DNA of 64,000 nt from an uncultured Poribacteria bacterium (GTDB taxonomy: Bacteria; Poribacteria; WGA-4E; WGA-3G), in contig CATQHZ020000001.1 of assembly GCA_958296135.2 (NCBI GenBank), forward strand, positions 1,376,001-1,440,000, in the 5' to 3' direction. Every line of letters begins with the position of its first letter. Position 1 is the first letter of the stretch. The position numbers and the translations under genes are program-made. Below the pieces are notes generated by a model that ran no database searches, was not told the origin of the DNA, and saw only the letters and a program-made list of their open reading frames with translations. Positions 19,694 through 30,389 of this stretch are shown in pieces.

Positions 19694-21925
19694 CTACGGA
19701 TTGAGGTTGGTGGTATGGATAATCCAAACGAGATCCAAGATATTCACCGTGCCATCGCCGTTCACATCGGCGCGTGCCTCGGTAGGCGGCGTTTCGCCGA
19801 AGTGCTTGACGACACTCGCGAAGTCTAAGATATTCACCTGCCCATCGTCATTCACATCGCCGGGGATCGCGTCTGGCTCCGCTTCCACTACGCGCAAGAC
19901 TTGATTTACCTGCACATCGTGTAGTTTTTGCACAATCCCACTTGGCCAGTGGATGACAAGTTCGCTGACTTTTTCATTCTGTGCAAGTCCGAAGTGGATC
20001 CGCTTCTGGTCTTGCTGGGCCCAGTGGATACCGCCGCCGTTTTCGCGCAACTGCGTTTTGCCATCGGGTGTCGTCGCGAAAATCCGTGCGCCGATGCCAT
20101 CGCGATTTGATACGGTGCCTTCCAAATCGATTTGCAACCAGTTGTTCCCTGTGCCGATGTTGCGGAAGAGCTGATCTGGGCCTTCATTAAACGGCCAGGC
20201 TCCCCTGCCGTTGGTGACGAACAGATCGAGGTAGCCATCTCTATCGTAGTCTGCCATCGTCACGCTTTGTCCTTTGCCGTTCGGACTTCCTTCTGCGCCG
20301 CCTGCGCCAAATACCTGAGCGAAAGTGCCGTTGCCCTGATTTTCGTACAGGTGATTGGGGAGATTGCCTGCACTGCTTGAACGGACGACGTAGATGTCTA
20401 CGTCCATATCATTATCAAAATCGCCTGCGGTGACGGAGCGGCCGTCAAGAAAAGTAGACGCGGATTGAAAACGGTTCTTTGCGTTGACTAAAAGGGTGGA
20501 TTGTGGGCTCGGGAGCAGATCCGCGGGAGAGAAGTTAATAGGTTCCACTTCTTCTATTTGCGTCGCAGAAGCAATAAATGCCTCCAATCCTGTCCAATTT
20601 GTCTGGATTGAGGGCATCGTGTGGTAGAGCACCGTCCATGTCCGTGCTTCCGGTCCGTATCCGACATACATCCCGTAAAGTTCGCCTTCAGTGAGCGGTG
20701 CGACCCCTGCAACACTCGGGTCATTGGGCGATAGCGTCAATGTGAAAGAGGAGACATTTCGGAGCGGATCGGTTTTTTCGTATGTCGCAATGCGTTCGTT
20801 TGAGTTTTCTGGTGAAAACACGGATAACTTGCTGGGGCCGTTATCGGTGTTGTCGATGACTACGTTGCCGAGGGCTGTCAAATGGTTTCCGGCTGCACCG
20901 ATTTTCAAGTGCTGTAACCGTGTAGCCCACACGGAATATATTTCAAAACGGACATTCCCAGTTGTCTTAAACCGAACTCCTTTTTCTCCCATGTTAGTCT
21001 GGATGTTCAGCCTTATCTGTTGCGGGTTTTGCGTGTCAATATATGAGCGGTAAACGCCGCGGGCGAGGAAGGCATCCGGGGCCAAGTCCCCGTTGAAATC
21101 GGCGAGGGCTACATCTTGCACATTGTAGCGTTTGGGAATGTTTAAAGCCGGCAGGAAGTTCCTAAACGGCGCAGTCGCAATGTCATACACGACTGCCGGA
21201 TAAGGATTACCGTTAACGATGAGGTTCATCACGCCATCGCCGGTGATGTCCGAAAGTTGTGCTAATGAGGCATCCTTTTCAATGTTGAAACCGGCAGCAC
21301 TATTGGCAATTTCAAAGCCGTGCGCCGTTTGTGTAAAAAGTGATGGCGTTACCTTGCCACCGCTTCTATCTGGGCGGACCCTTCCCGTGAGAACCAAGTC
21401 CAAGCGGCCATCTCGATTCCAATCCAGCCAGAGTGGGGCTCTACCGCGCAGCAGCGGGAAATCGATGCCGAATTCAGCAGCCCTTTCACTGAGCACGGTG
21501 CCGTTTTCATTAACGTAGAAGTGGTTGTCGTGCTTCGGATTTGATGGGTTGGTTCCGCCGCCACCTCCGGATAAGACAATCAAATCCTGGTCTCCATCGT
21601 TATCGAAGTCTGCCCAGGCCACGCCGTGTGTATCGGCATGTGGGTTTGCATCCCACACCTCGTCGATGATGTCGGTAAAGGTGCCGTCACCGTTGTTGCG
21701 ATAGAGACTCGGTTTATGCTTGTGGTTGGTGGCCCACAGGTCGAGATACCCGTCGCCATTGAAGTCTCCCCACGCGTTGCCCCAACTTTCACCGATACGC
21801 GTAATGCCTGCGTGCTGGGACACTTCCTCAAATTGGATGTCACTCCACGCGGAAGGCAGTAAGAGGGAGTTTCCGGCTGCGGTGCCGAATAGGCTAAAAA
21901 TTAAAAGAAATGTTAATCGGTGCAT
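19694..21925 (-). CDS. CRTAC1/ASPIC-UnbV protein with FG-GAP-like repeats and C-terminal dockerin
   Basis: Repeated DFNGDGYLD/DFDNDGDQD; NRDGIGAR..HFGL..IHWPSG; GDVNDDGQVNILD and ADVNGDGTVNILDL. Confidence 0.88.
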   Translation of the reverse strand: MHRLTFLLIFSLFGTAAGNSLLLPSAWSDIQFEEVSQHAGITRIGESWGNAWGDFNGDGYLDLWATNHKHKPSLYRNNGDGTFTDIIDEVWDANPHADTHGVAWADFDNDGDQDLIVLSGGGGGTNPSNPKHDNHFYVNENGTVLSERAAEFGIDFPLLRGRAPLWLDWNRDGRLDLVLTGRVRPDRSGGKVTPSLFTQTAHGFEIANSAAGFNIEKDASLAQLSDITGDGVMNLIVNGNPYPAVVYDIATAPFRNFLPALNIPKRYNVQDVALADFNGDLAPDAFLARGVYRSYIDTQNPQQIRLNIQTNMGEKGVRFKTTGNVRFEIYSVWATRLQHLKIGAAGNHLTALGNVVIDNTDNGPSKLSVFSPENSNERIATYEKTDPLRNVSSFTLTLSPNDPSVAGVAPLTEGELYGMYVGYGPEARTWTVLYHTMPSIQTNWTGLEAFIASATQIEEVEPINFSPADLLPSPQSTLLVNAKNRFQSASTFLDGRSVTAGDFDNDMDVDIYVVRSSSAGNLPNHLYENQGNGTFAQVFGAGGAEGSPNGKGQSVTMADYDRDGYLDLFVTNGRGAWPFNEGPDQLFRNIGTGNNWLQIDLEGTVSNRDGIGARIFATTPDGKTQLRENGGGIHWAQQDQKRIHFGLAQNEKVSELVIHWPSGIVQKLHDVQVNQVLRVVEAEPDAIPGDVNDDGQVNILDFASVVKHFGETPPTEARADVNGDGTVNILDLVWIIHTTNLNP

Positions 21926-21942
21926 TTTTCCTAAGTGCCGTG

Positions 21943-23196
21943 CTACAAAAACTTCTGATAGACACTCATAATGTTTTCGTAATGAATGTCTGCGTTAAAC
22001 TGAGTTTCCATTTTGTGGCGGCCGATGCGCCCCATCTCTGCTGCCTCGGTTTTGTGTTCATACATCCAGAGCAGTTTCTCGCGCAAGGCTTCTGTCCCAC
22101 CGGAGGGAACGAGGAAGCCGTCTACGCCATCGGCGATGAGCTCCGGAATGCCGCCGATGTCTGCACCGATGACCGGTTTTCCATACGCATAAGACTCTAA
22201 AACGGACATCGGGCAGTTTTCGTACCATTCCGATGGCAACAGCGTGCAGATACTCCCCGCAATCAGTTCGCGGAGTTCGTCACCCTGTTTGAAGCCGACG
22301 AGGCGGATGTGTTCGCAGTTATCCTGTTCCACTCTCCGCCGGACCTCGGGCATCGCCTCACCGTCGCCGACGATGATGAGCGGTACCTGTTTCAGTGGTG
22401 CGGCTGCCTCAATCAAGGTGAAGATGCCCTTGCTCTGATGCACTCGCCCGAAATAGAGCAGATAGGCTCCTTCGGCGAAATTTGGCGTGAAGTCCGACAC
22501 GTCCACGAAGTTGTGAACCGTTGAGATTTTCGCTTCAGGGATGCCGTGTTCGATCATCTTTTTCCGTAGGAAATGTGAGACGGAGATAAAATGATCGAAT
22601 TTATCAACAGCTCCCAGCATCCGCGAGACATAAGATTCGGTGACACTCAGCGCGGTGCGGGCAAGTGAGCCCCGGTTGCACCGCTTCGGGAGCGCGCGCC
22701 AAAAATGTTTGCCTTCACACGCCTCGCAAATCTCATCGTTCGACAGATGGCTATAGACGGGGCACGTCAGTTTATACTCGTGCAACGTCTGGATCAGCGG
22801 GATGCCTGCTTGTTTCAGCACTCCCAAAATAGAGGCAGTCAGTTTGCCATAGTAAATGTGGAAGTGCGCGATGTCTACAGATTTTGGCTCCGAGGTATCT
22901 ATGTCACGCAATAACCGTCGCATTGACTTTACCGCGTCGCGTGAGTATAGAAACCGCCATAAGTCGATTGCGCTTGGGTGCTCAAAATCGGCACCACGTG
23001 GAAAATAGCGTTCCCATTCTGGCAGCGGATTCTGCCGCGATGGCAGAATCGGTTCGTTCTTCGGGCTCGCCGCCGTGAACGGTATCACACGGTGCCCCTG
23101 TTTTTGCAACACCTCACCCATTGTGAAAAAATACCGGTCGGAACCGCCGCGGATGTAATGGTTTTGTGAGATGTTCAGAATAGTGAGCTGTTTCAT
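21943..23196 (-). CDS. GT4 glycosyltransferase
   Basis: YFGRVHQSKG; PSEWYENCPMSVLE; GGIPELI. Confidence 0.9.
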   Translation of the reverse strand: MKQLTILNISQNHYIRGGSDRYFFTMGEVLQKQGHRVIPFTAASPKNEPILPSRQNPLPEWERYFPRGADFEHPSAIDLWRFLYSRDAVKSMRRLLRDIDTSEPKSVDIAHFHIYYGKLTASILGVLKQAGIPLIQTLHEYKLTCPVYSHLSNDEICEACEGKHFWRALPKRCNRGSLARTALSVTESYVSRMLGAVDKFDHFISVSHFLRKKMIEHGIPEAKISTVHNFVDVSDFTPNFAEGAYLLYFGRVHQSKGIFTLIEAAAPLKQVPLIIVGDGEAMPEVRRRVEQDNCEHIRLVGFKQGDELRELIAGSICTLLPSEWYENCPMSVLESYAYGKPVIGADIGGIPELIADGVDGFLVPSGGTEALREKLLWMYEHKTEAAEMGRIGRHKMETQFNADIHYENIMSVYQKFL

Positions 23197-23333
23197 AATC
23201 TTTCACCTCATTTTCACCCGGTTTTGCATAGCGAGGGACAGTGGACATCACTGCAGCGAGGCTGCAGTGATGCCAGTGTTATGCGATGCCATGGTCACGT
23301 CTATCAAGCCAGTCGCTCTGCCTCGTCAGGATG

Positions 23334-24257
23334 TTAACGGCGCGGGCCTGCGTCCGCGATGGGTGCATCCGCAATCGGCTGGTAGGTAACCGTGCCTACC
23401 TGTTTATGCAGCAGTTCCGGATCGGCGGCATCGATTATCGCAGTGTCGATTGACTCTGCATCGAGTGTGCCCCACCAGTTTTCGGGTGCATACAGATCGA
23501 ATTTTACCCACAACTTGAGGGCGCGGATGTTGCTGCTCAGGTTATTGTATTGGATAATCGATTGGACATTTTCGCAGTGAATGCCTATCTCGTTTCGGAT
23601 GATGTTGTTTCGCTCAATTTTCGGGCGCGTTTGCCGCCCGATAGTGCGGATTCCGGTGTTGTTATCCACGAGTTCGTTGTGCTGGACAATCGCGTTGCTT
23701 CCATCTAAAGCGATTGCGATGTCGTTCAGGCGGAACGTGCAATCTGCGATAGTCGGCGATGTCGTCTTGATATCCAAGGCGACGGTTGCGTATTCAATGT
23801 GCGCGCCTCTGATGTAACTGTCGAGCCCGTGCGTGTGATCGAAGAGGATGCCGTTCCAATCGCCGCGTTGCGGGCCAGGGATGTCCGAGGTGAGTTTCAC
23901 CGGTTTGACTGCCCCGGCTTGTTCTGCTTCAACTCCGATTTTCAGCATGCCTCTCACCTTCACGAGTGCGTCGCGTCCGAATCTCACGGTAGTCTCCGGC
24001 GGGATGCGTAAGGTGATGTCCGGCGGAATCTCTAATTCGCCGTGCACGGTGTAGGTTTTCTCCGCATCCCAAGTTTCATCTGCTGTGAGGATGTGGTCGC
24101 GGAGGACGATGCTCGCTGTTTCTTCCGGCGTGATAGTGATGGGAGTTGGTTCGTCACAGCCGTTCACCGCAAGGATTAGGATGATGATGCCTAACATGGA
24201 GCTGAAGGCACGCGAGGGACAGGCCCTCGCACTACGCGCATAAATGTGAGTTTTCAT
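23334..24257 (-). CDS. Lipoprotein with right-handed beta-helix (NosD/pectate-lyase-like)
   Basis: Lipobox VNGC; DWNGILF; repeated N-x-I strands; ENWWG. Start uncertain (24320, 24257 or 24197). Confidence 0.7.
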   Translation of the reverse strand: MKTHIYARSARACPSRAFSSMLGIIILILAVNGCDEPTPITITPEETASIVLRDHILTADETWDAEKTYTVHGELEIPPDITLRIPPETTVRFGRDALVKVRGMLKIGVEAEQAGAVKPVKLTSDIPGPQRGDWNGILFDHTHGLDSYIRGAHIEYATVALDIKTTSPTIADCTFRLNDIAIALDGSNAIVQHNELVDNNTGIRTIGRQTRPKIERNNIIRNEIGIHCENVQSIIQYNNLSSNIRALKLWVKFDLYAPENWWGTLDAESIDTAIIDAADPELLHKQVGTVTYQPIADAPIADAGPRR

Positions 24258-24395
24258 AACATAGCGTTTGTTGCATTCCCTTTCCATTTTCATCAAAATT
24301 TTTCGTATTGGCGTTGTCAAGATTTATACCACATGGGTTTGAATAGAGTCTATCGTGTTTTCGCAATTTTGTCAAGTTTTTTTGGAAATCACACG

Positions 24396-24424
24396 TTGCG
24401 TTAACCGCTGCAATGTGGTATCAT
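24396..24424 (+). promoter_or_regulatory. Putative sigma70 promoter
   Basis: TTGCGT-N17-TATCAT with TG extension ahead of the ATG at 24461. Confidence 0.5.
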
Positions 24425-24460
24425 AGTGTCAAACGATAAAATTATGAAGGGAATGTTAAG

Positions 24461-25975
24461 ATGAGCACATACGATGCCTTGCGAGGGACAGGCCCTCGCG
24501 CTACGGATAGCGGCAGTGATTACCCGGGTCCTAATCTAGAGCTCCTTGAAGCGCAGGCGAGGGTTTGCACGGGCCCGCACCAGACGCGCCCGTTAGGAAA
24601 TCCAGATGGGCCTCAGCCAGCATCCATATTGGAGATTATCCTCAAATCGCTTGTAGGCGGCCTGCCGAGAGAGGAGACTGCCTCATCGGCACAGATGGGC
24701 GCGTTTTTCACAGCGATGACGCTCCGGAACTATTTCCCCGAGGCGACGCGGTGGAGTCCAGCGGAACGAGAAGCGTTCTGTCACTACCAGTCTATGCTTG
24801 AGGAAAAGTTGCCCCCGGAGATTCGCTACCTGATGGCTCCGATGCGCGGTTATGTCCCGACAAATCCGACAGAGGCGGTTGTCGTCACCGCGTTAGAGAA
24901 GATTTTACGGGCGAAACATCTAGATTACGGCGAAACTCGGCAAATGTGTACTGCTGTCCTCAGCGATGCTGTCAAGCCGGCTCTCAAAGCTGCCGCGCTA
25001 ATCGGGCAACGGATGAACCGCGAAACGTACGAGGAGGTGCGCGGCTATCTGGATGCCTTTTTTGCACCGGAAGAGGTGCGTCCCATTGCTGTCAATTCAC
25101 TCACCCATTTTGGGCAGCCTTACGATGGCGTGACACGCTATTTTCGCCCGACACTTTTTGTGGCAGCTGTTCGTGCTGCGCTTGGTGAAGCTTCCGTGCT
25201 CCACAGTGTTGATGTGATGCCGCCGAAAAACGGCGTTACCGAAGAGGCGATTTTAAAGGCACTCGGTGCAAATACGACGCTATCGCTTGAACAGACAGCA
25301 GCACGCATCGCCGACAAGACGGTTGGGTTTGGGTATGTCAGTCAGCGCGAATATTCGCCCGGTGCCTACGCTTTGCGGGAACTGCGGGTGCATATTAAGA
25401 AACGGCCGCCATGGGCGGCTACGGAGAAGGCACAGCAGTTCTTTTCGGCTGTGGGAGCGCGGGGGACAGGCCCGCGCGCTGCGGCAAACTACATGGTGCT
25501 AGGCTACTATCATATCGGTTATGAGAAGCCGCTCCTGCAATTGGCGTGGGAGCGCGGTTTCGACGGTGCCGTTGCAGTCAAAGGTGAGGAAGGCAGCAGT
25601 CATTACGCGCTCCGCCTCGGAAAACCTTCTACGTCGGACAGGATGGCGATTAATTATTCGCAAGGCTTCCTGCGCGTTGATGGACATCGCGAAGACTTCG
25701 CCGTGGATATTAATCCTTCGGACTACGGATTTGGCTATGCCCGGAGCCCGCGTCCGGAAAGCATTAGCCCGCATGCGTTCGCTGAAGCCGGCATCGCCGC
25801 GCTCTCCGGACAAAAAGGCCATATCTATGACAGAATTGTCCTCAACACGGCGATGGTGGATTATCTGTTAGGGATTTGCCCAGAACCGCGCCGTGCTATC
25901 ACGCGCGCGCGGGCTGCAATTGATGATGGCAGCGCGCTGAAACACCTCAGGGCGTATGTCGCTGCCAGCTGCTAG
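24461..25975 (+). CDS. Anthranilate phosphoribosyltransferase-like (TrpD2/YbiB-type) protein
   Basis: AQMGAFF; PYDG; MPPKNGVT; KRPPWATTEK-like segment; VKGEEGSS. Confidence 0.7.
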   Translation: MSTYDALRGTGPRATDSGSDYPGPNLELLEAQARVCTGPHQTRPLGNPDGPQPASILEIILKSLVGGLPREETASSAQMGAFFTAMTLRNYFPEATRWSPAEREAFCHYQSMLEEKLPPEIRYLMAPMRGYVPTNPTEAVVVTALEKILRAKHLDYGETRQMCTAVLSDAVKPALKAAALIGQRMNRETYEEVRGYLDAFFAPEEVRPIAVNSLTHFGQPYDGVTRYFRPTLFVAAVRAALGEASVLHSVDVMPPKNGVTEEAILKALGANTTLSLEQTAARIADKTVGFGYVSQREYSPGAYALRELRVHIKKRPPWAATEKAQQFFSAVGARGTGPRAAANYMVLGYYHIGYEKPLLQLAWERGFDGAVAVKGEEGSSHYALRLGKPSTSDRMAINYSQGFLRVDGHREDFAVDINPSDYGFGYARSPRPESISPHAFAEAGIAALSGQKGHIYDRIVLNTAMVDYLLGICPEPRRAITRARAAIDDGSALKHLRAYVAASC

Positions 25976-27114
25976 ATATACCCGGTTGAACCATCGGGGC
26001 GGATGGGACACGTCCGCTGCCAATGGATATACTCGTTGTCCGTAATCGCCGATTCGTCTATCTCTACGCCGAGTCCCGGCCGGTCGCGCAGTTCCAAATA
26101 CCCGTCTTTCGGCAGGTAGGGTTCGTCTATCCACGCGTTCCATTCTGTTTCTGTCGGCAGGAGATATTCGAGGATTTTGAAGTTCGGTGTCGCGGCGGCG
26201 AAATGGACGTTGACGGCTGTCGCTAGCGGTCCCATTGGGTTGTGCGGTGCGATGCTGACGTAGTGTGCCTCGGCAATTGCTGCGATTTTGCGCATCTCTA
26301 ACAACCCGCCGCACACGCAAATATCAGGTTGGATGATGTCGGCCCCTTGTGCTGCGATTAAATCCAGAAATTCAAAGCGAGTGTAGAGTGATTCGCCTGT
26401 GGCGAGGGGCACCTGCATCTGGGCTCTCAGCCGTGTCCATGCCGGGATATGTTCCGGACGGAGCGGTTCCTCGTAGAAATAGGGCTCGTAAGGTGCGAGC
26501 GCGTTGGCAAGCTGCAGTGCCCGGATCGGCTCGAAAATTTTCGCGTGCGGGTCGAAGGCAAACTCCCAATCATCAGGCGTGTTGTCTCGGATTTGCTCAA
26601 AGTAGTTCGCCGCGGCGGTGCAAACGCGCCCCCATCTGTGTGCCTCGGGTTCGAGTTGATAGGGGCTCGTCTTAAAGGCGGTGAATCCCCACTCTTCGTT
26701 CAGTTTGCGCGCCTGGTCTGCTGCTTCGATACCGTCTCTACCGCCGATGCTCCGGTAGACGCGCACCCGGTCGCGGGCGTGCCCACCGAGGAGCATGTAG
26801 ATAGGGAGTCCCGCCGCCTTCCCGCTGATGTCCCACAGCGCGTGATCTACGGCGGAAATCACTGCTAGCCCTGCACCACCCGGCGGGAAACGGAATTGCT
26901 GGTGCAGTTTCATCATGATATATTCGATGCGCCTCGGGTCATCGCCTTGAATCATCTCACAGATGTAGTCGGCGATGGGCTGAACGGAGAGGTCTGGGCC
27001 GGTGGAATATGCTTCCCCCCAGCCAGAGAGTCCCTCATCAGTTTCAATCTTGATAAGCCCGCGCGGGCGGTTGCCGAAGCGTGCCATAAAGGTTTTGATA
27101 GCGGTAATTTTCAT
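25972..27114 (-). CDS. Mandelate racemase/galactonate dehydratase-like enolase-superfamily enzyme
   Basis: DHALWDISGK; EEP; ATGES; IIQPD; APHNP; PGLGVE. Confidence 0.88.
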   Translation of the reverse strand: MKITAIKTFMARFGNRPRGLIKIETDEGLSGWGEAYSTGPDLSVQPIADYICEMIQGDDPRRIEYIMMKLHQQFRFPPGGAGLAVISAVDHALWDISGKAAGLPIYMLLGGHARDRVRVYRSIGGRDGIEAADQARKLNEEWGFTAFKTSPYQLEPEAHRWGRVCTAAANYFEQIRDNTPDDWEFAFDPHAKIFEPIRALQLANALAPYEPYFYEEPLRPEHIPAWTRLRAQMQVPLATGESLYTRFEFLDLIAAQGADIIQPDICVCGGLLEMRKIAAIAEAHYVSIAPHNPMGPLATAVNVHFAAATPNFKILEYLLPTETEWNAWIDEPYLPKDGYLELRDRPGLGVEIDESAITDNEYIHWQRTCPIRPDGSTGYI

Positions 27115-27272
27115 TTTTGTATTTCGCAATGCGTTTCGGCGGAGGGAGGCAATCGAGACTGGTTCGATGACTCCGCCTGATGCGTCTGATACCTATTTTG
27201 CATCGAGGCTGGGCGGTTTCTCCTATCCGAGGAAATCGAGACGCGGGAGGTCTCTCCTACCGGGGCGGTTGA

Positions 27273-28799
27273 CTACCATGGATGCGTCCGAAACGGCGAT
27301 GCCGGCAACCCTTCCTTGTTTATCAGATTTGGTTCCGCTGTTTGATGCCAACCGAATCGAACGGCCACAGGCTGAGACACGGTGTCGCTTGATACGACGA
27401 TTGTGTCTTCCTCAATTGTTGCTGTCGCTGTGACGAAGTTTTTATCTTCGCCGGCAATCTCAAACCATGTGAGGGGTTCGCCATCGCCCGAGGTTAAGCC
27501 GCTGCCGACAAAATCAAAGTTGAGGCGGATGGCGTTTCCATCAACCTCCATCGATTTGTAAAGCGGGCCGGAGTAGGTAACGTCTTCTCTGCCATACGTT
27601 TTCGCAAGTGCCCACAGGGCGAGCCGTCTACCGACTTCCTGTTTGTTGCGCGGATGGATGTCTTTCGGGTTGCCGATATCGGTTGTCACTGCCATGCCGG
27701 TATTCGGTACGGATAATGTTGCTGTTTGCGCCTCCCAGATTTCTGCGAGGAGATGTGGACTGCCCCCCCAGCCGCTGTAATCGTAGGGTGCGAGTTGCAC
27801 GAAGTAGAATGGAAAGTCGCCTTGTTTCCAGACTTCGCGCCATCCGTTGATGAGTGCTTTCATCTTTTCGTGGTAGAGTCTGCCATCCCTAAGGTTCGAT
27901 TCCCCCTGATACCAAATCGTGCCGCGCATCGCAAAGGGGACGAGCGGATGCACCATGCCGTTGTAGAGGCCTGTTGGCTGGGCGTGATGCGTTAGCGGGT
28001 GCCGATTGTCCGGCATCGGGCTGATAACTTCACCTGTTTCCAACGCCTTGCGCGTCTCCGCTATCCATGCTTCAATCGCGGCCATTTTCTCTGGAAGTTC
28101 CGCCCGATATTTTGCGTGGATGTCTTGGAGCTCCTTGGAGGTAGATTCAAGCGCGTGCACCGAATCGAAACCGACCGGGGGTGTCCACGGTTCAATCCGG
28201 GTGCCGCCCCACGACGTGTTGATTAGCCCGATAGGCACATCGAGATTTTTGTAAAGTTTCCGTCCGAAAGCGTAGGCGACGGCAGAGAAGTTTTCGATAG
28301 TCTCTGGCGTGGTAGGATGCCATTCTGCTTCAACATCAGGCACTAGCAACCCGGAGGCTTTGTGCGGGATATCAAACAACCGAATCATTGGGTAATCCGC
28401 CTCGGCGATTTCTGCCTCGCTATCCTTTGAAGCCCGAACTGGCCATTCCATGTTGGATTGCCCGGAGCATACCCACACTTCTCCGAACATCACGTTCGTG
28501 AGTTTAAGCGTGTTGCTAGCGGCTACATGCAGCGTATAGGGGCCGCCGGCTGACATGGCTGGCAGTTTTGCGTGCCAATTGCCCTTCGCGTCTGCCGTTG
28601 TCTTCACTGCATGGCCAGTGTCCTGTAGGGTTACTGCAACCTCTTCGCCTGTGGCTGCCCATCCCCAGATTAGCACGGGCATGTCGCGTTGCATCACCAT
28701 GTTGTTGCCGAAGATGTGCGGCAATGTTACTTCTGCGTGCGCGGGGGATTGTGTGCAAAACAGCATGTAACCGATGAGCAGTATCATAAATCGTTTCAT
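27273..28799 (-). CDS. Sialate O-acetylesterase (SASA) family secreted esterase
   Basis: GEVWVCSGQSNM; WGGT; WYQGESN; DIHP; signal peptide from ATG 28799. Confidence 0.9.
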   Translation of the reverse strand: MKRFMILLIGYMLFCTQSPAHAEVTLPHIFGNNMVMQRDMPVLIWGWAATGEEVAVTLQDTGHAVKTTADAKGNWHAKLPAMSAGGPYTLHVAASNTLKLTNVMFGEVWVCSGQSNMEWPVRASKDSEAEIAEADYPMIRLFDIPHKASGLLVPDVEAEWHPTTPETIENFSAVAYAFGRKLYKNLDVPIGLINTSWGGTRIEPWTPPVGFDSVHALESTSKELQDIHAKYRAELPEKMAAIEAWIAETRKALETGEVISPMPDNRHPLTHHAQPTGLYNGMVHPLVPFAMRGTIWYQGESNLRDGRLYHEKMKALINGWREVWKQGDFPFYFVQLAPYDYSGWGGSPHLLAEIWEAQTATLSVPNTGMAVTTDIGNPKDIHPRNKQEVGRRLALWALAKTYGREDVTYSGPLYKSMEVDGNAIRLNFDFVGSGLTSGDGEPLTWFEIAGEDKNFVTATATIEEDTIVVSSDTVSQPVAVRFGWHQTAEPNLINKEGLPASPFRTHPW

Positions 28800-28934
28800 A
28801 TCATAACACCTGAAGGTATAAGTTTTTTGATAGGGTAAAGCATAGCAGAAATTCTGTGAAAATGCAACTGTTTTTTTATCGGAGAGTGTGGTAGCAGACG
28901 GCCAAGCAATGCTATCCCTCACACGCCAAAAATG

Positions 28935-30389
28935 TTACCACAGCGTATTCTGCAACGGTTTTCCCGTATACGGGTCTGTCAGTTGGGGCAGCCGTAACCT
29001 CCCACGCTGCCCATCAAAATGTTCTGACATCGAATAGCATTGCACGCGCGGAAACATCTCCGTGCCGATAACGACTGTGCCTTTGTTGGCTATCTCCACT
29101 ATCGCATGCGGAGACGTAACCCGGTTGAGTGTCAGGTAAATCCCCAGGGCGGCGTTTTCCCGTTCAATAACGTGCAGAAAATCACGGAGCTGGCTCAACG
29201 AAAACTTGCCGCTTTTCACTTGGGCGAGCACCAGCGGTTTGTAGCCGCCCCCAGGTTGCTCCACGGTGTTGCCGATGCCGTCAATGCCGCCATCGGCACC
29301 GCCCCGCTCATTCGGCGCGAGCCCCGGCACGCAGCCGATAGCCCAAATTTCAAAGTGCCGCCGGTTGTCACTGGCCAACCGCACCGCACTCGCAAAGTCT
29401 GCAGGAATACCCGTGATGGGAATCTCGCGTCCCGGAAACCGGTGCGTCCTGATAATATCCAGCGCAATCGGGTTGATGTCCACGCCCACCCACTGCCGCT
29501 TGAGGTTATCCGCGGCGACTACCGTCGTGCCGCAGCCACAGCCCGGGTCTAGCACAATGTCTCTCTCTCTTGACGATGCTTCAATGATACGTTCCAGCAG
29601 CGCGACCGGCTTCTGTGTCGGGTACCCCAGCCGCTCCTTCGCTATAGAATTCAGGGAGGGAATATCAGTCCACCAATCGTTACATGTCATTCCTTCTTCC
29701 GGATAGTAGACGCGCGTTTGCCCTGCGTCTACGCGAATGCGGCATTTGCGGCCCTGTTTGTCAACATGCCGATAATGACTCGCCAGATATTCGTCACTAA
29801 TCGGTATTCGATAATCTCCCCAGAACGCCGCATCGGTTTTGGTGTAGAGGAAGATAGTATCGTGCTTCTTGACGAAGAACCGTTTTGAACGGCCGCTGTT
29901 AGAATAACACCATCGAATGGCGTTGCGGAACTGCTTAGGGCCGAAGATGTCGTCTAGGAGAATCTTGAGATGAGGGCCCGCGGTGTTATCGCAGTGGAGG
30001 TAGAGACTCCCCGTGGGTTTGAGGAGCCGGTGGATTTCCACGAGGCGTTCCGCCATGTAACTGAGATAGGCCATCATGCCGCTGTCTCCAAGGAGGAGGT
30101 GGAGTGCGGTAATGGCTTTATAGGCGGGGTGCGCCGGTGCATTTTTGATGCGTTGGACCCGTTCAACAGCGGCTGCGCCCCATGTCCAGGTATCCTCAAA
30201 CGCTTTGAGGGATGCATTGCGGGTGCCTCGGTTTGTATCGGTTTCGACACGATAGAGTTGGTTATAGTTCGCCTTGCTGTTAAACGGCGGGTCGGCGTAA
30301 GCGGTGTCCACCCATCCGTTGCGCCAGGTGCGCATGATGTGGAGGTTATCGCCGTAGTGAAGGCTATTCAGTTCGGGCATGATAAGCAT
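28935..30389 (-). CDS. N6/N4 DNA methyltransferase fused to a C-terminal restriction-endonuclease-like domain
   Basis: DPPFNS; YPTQKP; DPGCGCGTT; C-terminal DGGIDG..QVKSG. ATG 30389 has an RBS. Confidence 0.85.
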   Translation of the reverse strand: MLIMPELNSLHYGDNLHIMRTWRNGWVDTAYADPPFNSKANYNQLYRVETDTNRGTRNASLKAFEDTWTWGAAAVERVQRIKNAPAHPAYKAITALHLLLGDSGMMAYLSYMAERLVEIHRLLKPTGSLYLHCDNTAGPHLKILLDDIFGPKQFRNAIRWCYSNSGRSKRFFVKKHDTIFLYTKTDAAFWGDYRIPISDEYLASHYRHVDKQGRKCRIRVDAGQTRVYYPEEGMTCNDWWTDIPSLNSIAKERLGYPTQKPVALLERIIEASSRERDIVLDPGCGCGTTVVAADNLKRQWVGVDINPIALDIIRTHRFPGREIPITGIPADFASAVRLASDNRRHFEIWAIGCVPGLAPNERGGADGGIDGIGNTVEQPGGGYKPLVLAQVKSGKFSLSQLRDFLHVIERENAALGIYLTLNRVTSPHAIVEIANKGTVVIGTEMFPRVQCYSMSEHFDGQRGRLRLPQLTDPYTGKPLQNTLW

